A DNA stretch of 40,785 bases from a virus (taxonomy: Duplodnaviria; Caudoviricetes): positions 1 to 40,785 of IMG/VR virus record IMGVR_UViG_3300048854_000036, one strand, 5' to 3'. A program made the position numbers and the translations under genes. The notes beneath the pieces were generated by a model, which had not been told where the DNA came from, searched no databases, and was given only the letters and a program-made list of their open reading frames with translations. Each line of letters starts with the position of its first letter. Position 1 is the stretch's first letter. This document shows positions 33,562 to 40,785 of this stretch, in pieces.

Positions 33562-33830
33562 TTCCTGATTTATTTCTAAACTGTTTTGAACGACCCTTGC
33601 TAGATAAGGCTTTGCGGGATATTTGTGTATAGGTGACAAATCCTCTGAGAAATCCACGTCAAGCCTTTTCTAGTAAGGGTTGAGGGTTATCTTTGCGCGC
33701 CGAGAAACCACCGCATCACCACCTCTCCACATCACAGAATCAATGGCTTACAGCTCAGTTTTTAATGCCGATCAAGTTTTGTTCACCCAAAACCGTCAAC
33801 CAGTTGTATCCTCTGCTGAAAACGAGTTGT
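33562..33830. other. Probable attP region
   Basis: AT-rich non-coding DNA after int; perfect IHF consensus AATCAATGGCTTA at 33738-33750; 18/20 inverted repeat at 33593-33612 and 33661-33680. Confidence 0.65.
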
Positions 33831-33848
33831 TACAAAAAGGAAACGAAA

Positions 33849-34070
33849 ATGAAGAACGACCTGCCGAACGAGATCGCTGACATCGAGGAACTAAAGCGTG
33901 AAGCGGAAGCCTTCCGCTGGCTGATCGCGCAGCCGGAATCGACGTGGACGCGGATTGGCGCTGAGGTATCCGGCTTGCCTCGGGTGACCCTGAGGCGAAA
34001 CCTGATCGAAGAGGCGCGGCGTGTGCCCGAGAGAAACGGGCCGCTCGAAGGAGCGACCCAGTACGACTGA
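33849..34070 (+). CDS. 73-aa hypothetical protein beside attP
   Basis: AAGGA SD; converges on the end of the late operon. Confidence 0.55.
   Translation: MKNDLPNEIADIEELKREAEAFRWLIAQPESTWTRIGAEVSGLPRVTLRRNLIEEARRVPERNGPLEGATQYD
34030..34059 (-). terminator. Probable terminator of the late/lysis operon
   Basis: GGGTCGCTC-CTTC-GAGCGGCCC followed by GTTTCTCT on the minus strand. Confidence 0.5.
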
Positions 34071-35033
34071 TTACGGCAGGCGGCTGATCGATATGAAATT
34101 GAGGGCCGCCGCCGTGCTCATCGTTCTAGCGACTCCCGTGCTCTGCGATACCTGAAAGACAATCGTCTGCCCCGCTGTCAGAGAAACAACCGTCAGCGGG
34201 ATCGCCACCTGGACCGGCACAGAGGTCGTCGCGGTTTGATCGAAGCGGCTCTGTGCAATGGTCACGCCGTTTGCAACCACAGCAGCCGTATAGATCGCGC
34301 CCGATACGCCAGTTGCAGTCGAAAAGGTGACCGCCCCTCCCACCTGATAAATGCCAGTTGCCGGCGCCGTAAAGGTGCCCGTCGATGCATTGAAGTTCGC
34401 ATTGACGCGGTCGGATACCTTAGTGAAGGTCGTGAGCGTCGTCGGCGTGTTGTTAGGGATGCTCTGCCCGCTGGTGTTCGAATAAAGCAGCGCATCGTTG
34501 CCGCTTGCACTGAGCGTCGTCGCGTTCAATGCCGCAGTCGTGACCGTGCCCGTGAACGTCGGCGATGCAAGCAACGCGTAATTCGCGATCGTCAGATTCG
34601 CCGAATCCCACGGCGTTGCTACACCGAACACGGGGCGACTCTTCAGCGTGACAACGCCGGTCGAACGCGTGACCGTGATCGGGTTATCGATGAACGTTCC
34701 GGCGTCGCTGTAGCGCGAGAGCACGAAGTTCGTACCGGCATTCCCGCCGCTTTCCGCTGTCGCGTCATTCAGGAATGACCATCGCGGGGCTGTCGCGACA
34801 TACCAAGTGAGTGCGCGCTGCGTCGCTGCATTCGCCGCCTGGAGTACGACATTGCCGGTGAAGGTCGTTTGACCGATCGCGGCACCCCATGACGGGGGCG
34901 ACGAGGGTCCATTCGAAATGATCATCTGCCCGGCCGTTGAGCCGGTCGGGCTAATCAGGGAGACGGGCGTCGTTGTCGCGCCGAATGCGACTGAAGTGAG
35001 CGCGAGAAGCGCGGCGGCAAAGAGTCGTTTCAT
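34071..35033 (-). CDS. Fibre-like protein with signal-peptide-like N-terminus and C1q/TNF-like C-terminal domain, 320 aa
   Basis: MKRLFAAALLALTSVAFGA; AESGGNAGTNF.LSRY.DAG fibre motif; FNASTGTFTAPATGIY and V.L.AGQ.I C1q motifs. Confidence 0.7.
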   Translation of the reverse strand: MKRLFAAALLALTSVAFGATTTPVSLISPTGSTAGQMIISNGPSSPPSWGAAIGQTTFTGNVVLQAANAATQRALTWYVATAPRWSFLNDATAESGGNAGTNFVLSRYSDAGTFIDNPITVTRSTGVVTLKSRPVFGVATPWDSANLTIANYALLASPTFTGTVTTAALNATTLSASGNDALLYSNTSGQSIPNNTPTTLTTFTKVSDRVNANFNASTGTFTAPATGIYQVGGAVTFSTATGVSGAIYTAAVVANGVTIAQSRFDQTATTSVPVQVAIPLTVVSLTAGQTIVFQVSQSTGVARTMSTAAALNFISISRLP

Positions 35034-35035
35034 TT

Positions 35036-35638
35036 TTAGGAGCCTCGGTAAAGATCGGGTTGCGGCTGCGCGACGGGCTGCGTCTGCGCCGGAGTGGTGA
35101 TATTCACGGGAGCGGATGCGGCAGCGTTGCCGACGTCCGCGATCATCTGCGTCTTCTCGCGGCTGTCCTTGCTGGAGCCGAAGTAGTAGCTGACGACGGC
35201 GATCCAGGCGGTTTGCAATGCGCCCACCATGACAAGCAACAGGTCGTGCACGTCCTGCCGGAGCGGTGCGAGCATCACGGCGCCGAGACATCCGAAGAAG
35301 CCAGCAGTGATGCCGCCCGCGAGCCATTGCGGCGTGTGATCGGTCGGGTTTGCGGTCTGTCGAGCGCGCGCGTTCTGGATATCAGCGAGGCGGTTTTGTT
35401 CCGCCGTCACGGCGAGCTGCTGAAGCTGGACCTTCGCATTCGTCTGCAACTCCTGAATCTTCACGATCGCATCAGGGTTGCCGACGAGCGCGGCGCTCAC
35501 TGCATCAGGCGTTGCCTCTGTCCCGAGCGCCGCCGCGACCATGCCGCCGACTGCTGCACCTGCCGGGCCGCCGAGCAACGTGCCTACGATCGGCGCGGCC
35601 TTGCCGACGACGCCAGCGATATCTTTCCAGTCCATCAC
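35036..35638 (-). CDS. Holin-like membrane protein (3TM type), 200 aa
   Basis: AP..GTLLGGPAG, D...AR, VSYYFGSS motifs; follows the endolysin. Confidence 0.75.
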   Translation of the reverse strand: MMDWKDIAGVVGKAAPIVGTLLGGPAGAAVGGMVAAALGTEATPDAVSAALVGNPDAIVKIQELQTNAKVQLQQLAVTAEQNRLADIQNARARQTANPTDHTPQWLAGGITAGFFGCLGAVMLAPLRQDVHDLLLVMVGALQTAWIAVVSYYFGSSKDSREKTQMIADVGNAAASAPVNITTPAQTQPVAQPQPDLYRGS

Positions 35639-36060
35639 GCCACCCCCGTGCGCATCATTTCAGCGAGGCGCTCAGCACGATCGCCGACCTGCGTCGCCCA
35701 CTTCGACGCCAGCATTCCGGCCGCGGCTGCCGCATACGAGCCGCCCTGCACCGCGGCCAGCGTGTTCTTGAACGTGAGCAGCCCGGTCATGCCGAGGTTG
35801 AACGCCATGTTCACCAGCACGCGCTGACGCACCGGATCGAGCTTGCGCCACCACGGCAGCGACTTGTCGAGCGCAGCGACCGTGCGCGCGACATCGTTCT
35901 GCAGAAGCGCCGTGCACTCGTCGTCGGAGATCCCGACATCGGCCAGGTTGCGGCCGACGCCGATCGTGAGTTTCCCGACCGTGTCGGTGTATGGCTTCAG
36001 GCGCACGCCTTCGTCGCGCTTCAGTTCGCCGATCAGCGTCGGCATATCGAACGTGTTCAT
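35635..36060 (-). CDS. Endolysin, T4-lysozyme-like (GH24), 141 aa
   Basis: DEGVRLKPYTDTVGKLTIGVGRNL with E-8x-D-5x-T triad; MAFNLG; S.WA.QV..RA.RL. Confidence 0.92.
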   Translation of the reverse strand: MNTFDMPTLIGELKRDEGVRLKPYTDTVGKLTIGVGRNLADVGISDDECTALLQNDVARTVAALDKSLPWWRKLDPVRQRVLVNMAFNLGMTGLLTFKNTLAAVQGGSYAAAAAGMLASKWATQVGDRAERLAEMMRTGVA

Positions 36061-36068
36061 GAGACCCC

Positions 36069-36608
36069 CTATCGTCGATTGCCGGCCCACGGAAGCGCAG
36101 GCTTGGGCGGTTGAACTGCGGTGTCGAGCTTCTTGTCGACGGCCTTCGCGGTGCTCGCTGCCTCAGCCGCTTTCGCGGTCGCAACGTTCACCTTCTGCTC
36201 GACGACCTCGGTCTTTTGCGCCGCGACGCTTGCGGCCACGGCAGCCTGTCGCGCCTGCTTGATCAGCGCTGTCTGCCGGGCATCGGTCAGCCGTGCGCGA
36301 TCACCGAGAAAGCGCAGGGTGTAGGCGACGATCTGGTTTGTGTCGGCGATCGATTGCTTCATCGCGGCGAGATCTACTGCACCGCGTTCATTGACCGCCT
36401 TCAGCCCATCGACTTGAGCCGTGAACTCGCGCGTGCACGCCGCGCGCTCTTCGGCCCTCACCTTCGGGAATCGATCGATCAGGACGGCGCGTTCATCCGC
36501 GTCGACGCGCTGCTGCCACTGCGCACCGATGAAGCCCGCTACCGCAGCAATCAGAGCCACGGCGACAAGTAATTTGACCTGCTGCCACCAGTTGTTAATC
36601 CGTGCCAC
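36069..36608 (-). CDS. N-terminal TM plus coiled-coil protein in the lysis cassette, 179 aa
   Basis: Hydrophobic residues 11-30, then Ala/Lys-rich helix; GTG start with GGAG SD. Confidence 0.65.
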   Translation of the reverse strand: MARINNWWQQVKLLVAVALIAAVAGFIGAQWQQRVDADERAVLIDRFPKVRAEERAACTREFTAQVDGLKAVNERGAVDLAAMKQSIADTNQIVAYTLRFLGDRARLTDARQTALIKQARQAAVAASVAAQKTEVVEQKVNVATAKAAEAASTAKAVDKKLDTAVQPPKPALPWAGNRR

Positions 36609-36930
36609 GTTCGCTCTCCAGTTCTGCGATGCGATCCTCTAGCGCAGCGCTTCGTCGACGTTCTTGATCTAAATCGTCTTCTGCGATCCGCCGCAGCTTT
36701 CGCTCGGCCTCAACCTCTTGATCGCGTTCATCGAGTTTCTTTTCCAGCGATCCAACGCGCTCGGCCAAGCGCGTGATTTCTGCCTTCATATTTTTGATTG
36801 CTGTCGACTCTGACTGATCACCCTGAAAATCCCTGCGACTGGTGCGCCAGACCTGAATAAGCCAGCGCAGTCCCAAGATGCCGGCTGTACCGAATCCGGC
36901 GTTTCTGATCCAGTCTTCGGGCATTGCCAT
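36595..36930 (-). CDS. TM plus coiled-coil protein, 111 aa
   Basis: Short hydrophobic N-terminus and charged coiled coil; first gene after the tailspike. Confidence 0.65.
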   Translation of the reverse strand: MAMPEDWIRNAGFGTAGILGLRWLIQVWRTSRRDFQGDQSESTAIKNMKAEITRLAERVGSLEKKLDERDQEVEAERKLRRIAEDDLDQERRRSAALEDRIAELESERGTD

Positions 36931-36933
36931 GCT

Positions 36934-39012
36934 CTAGCGCACCTTCGTGATGAGCAGACTCAGGTGCATTTCCGGCACCGCCCCCGCGCCATCCCCTGTC
37001 ACGATCGCCCCGACGTCGATGTAAGAACCGTCTCCGGCCACAGCAACAATTCCGGGAACGCACCAGTTCGTTCCGTTCGACACGCCGATGCCGCCGACTT
37101 GCAACATGTAGTTGGAAAAAGAGAACGAGAAATCCGGCGTCACGCGCACACGCCCGGAACTCAGCCACGTCACGTTGCAGCCCATGACGGTCGCGCCCGC
37201 AAGCGTCGCCGAATTACCGTCGAAGAAAGCGGAAGCCGCATTGGTTCGCAGGAACCGACCGGTGAGCGCGCCAGTGCCGCTCAGAATGTTTGAATCTGTG
37301 AAGACGTTGTCACACGTGGCCGGATCGAAACGGCACGTCATGTTGTAAATCGTGTTGCTGCGGAATTTGCAACCGATCAGGTTGAGGTACCCCGTGCTGC
37401 TCGTGCGCAGCGCGATCCAACAATCCTCGACGGTCAGGCCATAGCACAGGCCTTGATGGAAGAACTCGACATTGACCGTGTATTCGATGTAGCAGCCGAT
37501 GACGCGAATGCTCGTCGAGCCGGCCGCCAGCGAATAGATCACCGAGCACTGCTCGAAGTCGCAGTTTTGCAGGACGATATTGTTCGTCGCGCCATCGATG
37601 CGGAGCATGATCCCGGTCGTGCCACCGACACCGAAGCCCTTGCAGCTATCAAGGATGATGTTGTGCGCAGACGTGTACGAGTAGACACCCCATTGCGTCG
37701 TGTTCACCCACTGGCAATTATTGAGTCTGACGGCATAGCAGGCATTCAATGTGATGGCGTTCTGGACTGCTCCGAACTGGACATCGTCGAATCGAATGCC
37801 GTTCATGTTCAGGCACGCGAAACCCGTCGTCTGCGTACCTGCGCCCGGCTGGATCATGCACTTTGAAATCACGCAGTCGGAACCACCGGCCGGAGAACTG
37901 CCCTCACCGAGGTTGAACATGGGGCCTGCCGGCAGCGTCGCCCCTGCCTTGAAGATCGACGTAGCACCTTCACCCGTGAGACGAAACGTCTTCGTATCCT
38001 TCACGATCGACACGGGAGAATTGATGATGTACGTGCCTTTCGGGACGTGCAGCTCACCGCCCCACGGCAGCGCCTGCACTGCATTGATTGCGGCCTGAAT
38101 ACCGGCCGAACTGTCGTGCGTGCCGGTGGGATCGATGCCAGCAAAGTCGGTCAGACTAATGACGTCCCGCATTTTGGCCTGAAGCGTGCGGCCGATAACG
38201 CCGAACCCATCCTGAAAGAACGTGCCGAGCATCGACGGCGAAAAGTACATGACGCTGACTTCCCCGATGCCGGAAGGGATTGCGCCATTGAAACTCAGCG
38301 TGATGTTGTCGATACCGAGAGACCATTGCGACGTCGACTGAAAGACGCCATCGAAGAACACGCCGGAGATTACCTTCGGGTTCGCCGTCACCGGCAGGGT
38401 GACGCTCGTCGATGCGCCAGACGTGTAGTCGATACCGTCTTTCAGCAGTGTCGGCGCAAAACTCTGGAATGTCGGCATCTGGATGCCTGCGATCAACTGT
38501 TCAGCGACATCGCGAGCCTGATCGACGATAGCGGAACCTTCCTGAAAAGGCTCGGCAGAGACGGTTGCGTTACCGGATGCGTCGAAGATCAGCGCCTTAG
38601 CCGCGCGCGTGGCGGCAGCAGGCAATTCGCTTTTCAGACCATATTCAGTAAGCGGGAAATGCAGGCCGCGGGCTGACATCCCGCCAATATCCTGGAGCGC
38701 CATCCAGATCCGGTCGAAGTCTGCGTTGACAACCGTGGAGAGGAAATCGCCGTTCTTCTGATAATCGGTGTCGCGCTCAAGCGCAACATCACGATAAAGA
38801 AGGATCGGGGTGCCAGATATAGGGGCGTTGTCAAAAGTGACCGTGCACTGGTCATCACCGATTCCGGTAATCGTGAACCCGGAAGTGATTTGAATCCCGG
38901 AGAGCATGACGCTCATGTCCGCGGACTCGACTATCCGGAATGGTGCTGTGAATGCAGTAGTGAGACCATTTCCAACGTAGGAAACGATGGGCGTTTGAAT
39001 TGGTACGGTCAT
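36934..39012 (-). CDS. Tailspike: T7-type N-terminal adaptor plus pectate-lyase-like beta-helix (probable depolymerase), 692 aa
   Basis: YVGNG.TT.F..PF, R.TDYQ..GDF....VN.DFDRIW; D.TG..DSSAGIQAAI, L.VP.GTY.I, Asn/Cys-rich beta-helix. Confidence 0.88.
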   Translation of the reverse strand: MTVPIQTPIVSYVGNGLTTAFTAPFRIVESADMSVMLSGIQITSGFTITGIGDDQCTVTFDNAPISGTPILLYRDVALERDTDYQKNGDFLSTVVNADFDRIWMALQDIGGMSARGLHFPLTEYGLKSELPAAATRAAKALIFDASGNATVSAEPFQEGSAIVDQARDVAEQLIAGIQMPTFQSFAPTLLKDGIDYTSGASTSVTLPVTANPKVISGVFFDGVFQSTSQWSLGIDNITLSFNGAIPSGIGEVSVMYFSPSMLGTFFQDGFGVIGRTLQAKMRDVISLTDFAGIDPTGTHDSSAGIQAAINAVQALPWGGELHVPKGTYIINSPVSIVKDTKTFRLTGEGATSIFKAGATLPAGPMFNLGEGSSPAGGSDCVISKCMIQPGAGTQTTGFACLNMNGIRFDDVQFGAVQNAITLNACYAVRLNNCQWVNTTQWGVYSYTSAHNIILDSCKGFGVGGTTGIMLRIDGATNNIVLQNCDFEQCSVIYSLAAGSTSIRVIGCYIEYTVNVEFFHQGLCYGLTVEDCWIALRTSSTGYLNLIGCKFRSNTIYNMTCRFDPATCDNVFTDSNILSGTGALTGRFLRTNAASAFFDGNSATLAGATVMGCNVTWLSSGRVRVTPDFSFSFSNYMLQVGGIGVSNGTNWCVPGIVAVAGDGSYIDVGAIVTGDGAGAVPEMHLSLLITKVR

Positions 39013-39040
39013 CTCGGCAATTCCTCGTAAGTTCGCGAGG

Positions 39041-39073
39041 AGTTTGCTGCCGAGTGCCCGTCGATATCCCGAC
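39041..39073 (-). promoter_or_regulatory. Putative activator-dependent late promoter: GTCGGGATATCGAC-N13-CAAACT
   Basis: Exact 14-mer at 39060-39073, overlapping the terL stop codon. Confidence 0.75.
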
Positions 39074-40719
39074 TAGCTTTCTAGCGAAACCTCATATACG
39101 CCGCCGTTCGGACGCCATTCAAGGCGCTCGTGTTCGGTGATCGAGCCAACGATTTTCCCGATGCGCACGGGCGCTTCTAGGATCGCGCTCGCGCCACTGT
39201 CGAGGAAGTCGTCCGGCTGCGTCTTGATGGCGGGATTCCAGTCCTTCATCTGATCCCAGAGCGGCCCGTCGAGCACGTCGACGTGCGCCCACAGCACGCC
39301 CGATTTCAGCGGCGGCTCAAGCCCGGCGAGGATCTTTTCGTTCTTGTTCACGGTGGCCGTACGTTCGATCACCGCGCACGACAGACCATGCTGCTTGAGC
39401 GCCTTGCGCAGCAGTTTCGGCGTGAATGAGCCGACGCCATTCGACTCGACGACGACCTGGGGAATCTGATACTTCGCGATGATCTCGCAGGCCTGCATCA
39501 CCTGACCGCTTTCGATGGTGGCATTGCGGTCGTCAGAGAACACGGCCGCCTCGCCAATGAGAGCGACGGCGACCTGCCAGTAATAGTTTCCGCTATTGTC
39601 CTCGAACATGACAGAGAACGCGGAGTCGTCGCCGCCGACCTTGCCGAGTGCGCAATCCCAATAGGCGCGCGCGCTGACGATGCGCGTCGCGCCGAGCATC
39701 ATGCGGATCTCGCCGTTGGCGCGCTCGACAAGCGGCTGCACGGCATAGGGCTTGATGCCCTCAGGATCAAGGCGCGATTCAGTGACGGGCTTCGCTTCGA
39801 GCTGATACTGGCTGTCCCAGTAATTCAGCGTGCGCGTCTTCGCGCGGCGCTTTGCGATGTCCTCGCGCGTGAAGCGCTCGGGCCACGCGCAGTGTGCGTA
39901 GATATCGAGCACCGCGCCGGGAGGCTGCGCGAATACGACGTCTTGCCCCTCGACGCGATAGTCCTTTCCTTCGACAAGCAGTTTCGCGTGCTTGTAGATG
40001 CCGGTCATCACGTACAGACCGTCGGCACCGGGCTTGAAGTTGAAGCGGAAACGCGTGCGCTTGTCGACGTCCTTGTCATAGCGCACGGCGGATTCGAACA
40101 GCGGGATCTTCAGCGAGGACGCGCCGGCCGAGATCAGCTCGGGATAAATGGAGTCGTGCGTGTGCGGCGTGCCGATGTACGTTTCCTGACCGCCCGGCAC
40201 CAGGATGAAGGTCGCTTCCTGAATCTTCAGGCGCAGGTTTTCACGCGATTCAGGTGTTCGAATATTCTTCGGCACCTCGACATCGTCATAGTCGATGCTG
40301 TCCGCGCGCGCCGACGTGACGTTCTGATCGACGCCGACGGCGGTCATGCTGGCGTTTCGCGGATCGGCCGCGCCGTTGACCCAGAACATCTGTGAGCCGG
40401 GCTTCGTCGGCAGCATGCCAGCGCACAGCGGGTGCCGGCGCAGCACGTTGATCGTGTCTCGGGTCAGTTTTTTGGAGAGCCCGCCATCAGCCGCCCAGAT
40501 CAGGTTTCGGGCGCGAGGATCTTTATAGAAGCCCCACGCCTTATAGACGGCGTAGATCGTGGACTTCGCCGCGCCGCGGAACACCTGGAGCACGCGCACC
40601 GGGTCGTCGCACGTCTCCAGCCAGTTGCACACGCGCACGTGCAGAATCGGCACCTTCCAGCCCTGCACCTTTGCCCACATAAGGAAAAAGGCGAGGAACG
40701 AGACCTTAGCCCTTTCCAT
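39073..40719 (-). CDS. terL: Terminase large subunit, 548 aa
   Basis: Walker A FRGAAKST, Walker B IDYDDVE, coupling motif IGTPH, nuclease YWD.A....D.S, ESNG, PDDFLD. Confidence 0.92.
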   Translation of the reverse strand: MERAKVSFLAFFLMWAKVQGWKVPILHVRVCNWLETCDDPVRVLQVFRGAAKSTIYAVYKAWGFYKDPRARNLIWAADGGLSKKLTRDTINVLRRHPLCAGMLPTKPGSQMFWVNGAADPRNASMTAVGVDQNVTSARADSIDYDDVEVPKNIRTPESRENLRLKIQEATFILVPGGQETYIGTPHTHDSIYPELISAGASSLKIPLFESAVRYDKDVDKRTRFRFNFKPGADGLYVMTGIYKHAKLLVEGKDYRVEGQDVVFAQPPGAVLDIYAHCAWPERFTREDIAKRRAKTRTLNYWDSQYQLEAKPVTESRLDPEGIKPYAVQPLVERANGEIRMMLGATRIVSARAYWDCALGKVGGDDSAFSVMFEDNSGNYYWQVAVALIGEAAVFSDDRNATIESGQVMQACEIIAKYQIPQVVVESNGVGSFTPKLLRKALKQHGLSCAVIERTATVNKNEKILAGLEPPLKSGVLWAHVDVLDGPLWDQMKDWNPAIKTQPDDFLDSGASAILEAPVRIGKIVGSITEHERLEWRPNGGVYEVSLES

Positions 40720-40785
40720 GGACGCGCTTGTCGAACTGCGCTTTCGCTGCGCTCTTCTGCGCCTGATTCAGCAGGCGAGTCGCTT

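Larger units (their letters stand above)
1..40785. mobile_element. Complete temperate podovirus genome (circular/excised form, about 40,658 bp)
   Basis: Full set of head, tail, lysis, replication, immunity and int/xis genes; no host genes; terminal 127-bp direct repeat closes the circle inside terS/terL. Confidence 0.95.

Noticed and set aside
40659-40785. Terminal repeat as a biological direct terminal repeat
   Set aside because: It is exactly 127 bp and cuts through terS/terL coding sequence, which fits an assembler overlap

Overview
This window is a complete, circularly permuted temperate podovirus genome of about 40,658 bp. Bases 1-127 equal 40659-40785, an assembly overlap. The layout is T7-like morphogenesis with lambdoid control, as in the BPP-1/epsilon15/phiV10 group; the high GC and coding style suggest a Burkholderiaceae host (inference). 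Minus strand: cro, cII-like, DUF1376 replication protein, RuvC-like resolvase, an acidic low-complexity gene, a small HTH gene, head genes (portal, scaffold, capsid), tail tubes, ejection proteins, HNH-AP2 endonuclease, TerS/TerL, tailspike, lysis genes and a C1q-like fibre protein. Plus strand: cI, a membrane protein, and the early-left operon (pentapeptide repeat, PD-(D/E)XK nuclease, RecT-like, MazG-like, many small ORFs) ending in xis/int and a probable attP. Main discovery: the acidic gene at 20486-19359 looks like a serial programmed -1 frameshift cascade. It has six in-phase slippery sites, most with a 3' stem-loop 5-7 nt away. They open five distinct protein-like -1-frame modules, including two Cys-cluster mini-domains, and the first three modules end exactly one codon before the next site. 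Second discovery: an exact 14-bp quasi-palindrome, GTCGGGATATCGAC, sits 13 nt upstream of a -10-like hexamer before each of three late gene blocks, next to a candidate HTH activator. All functional calls come from reading motifs by eye; no searches were run.
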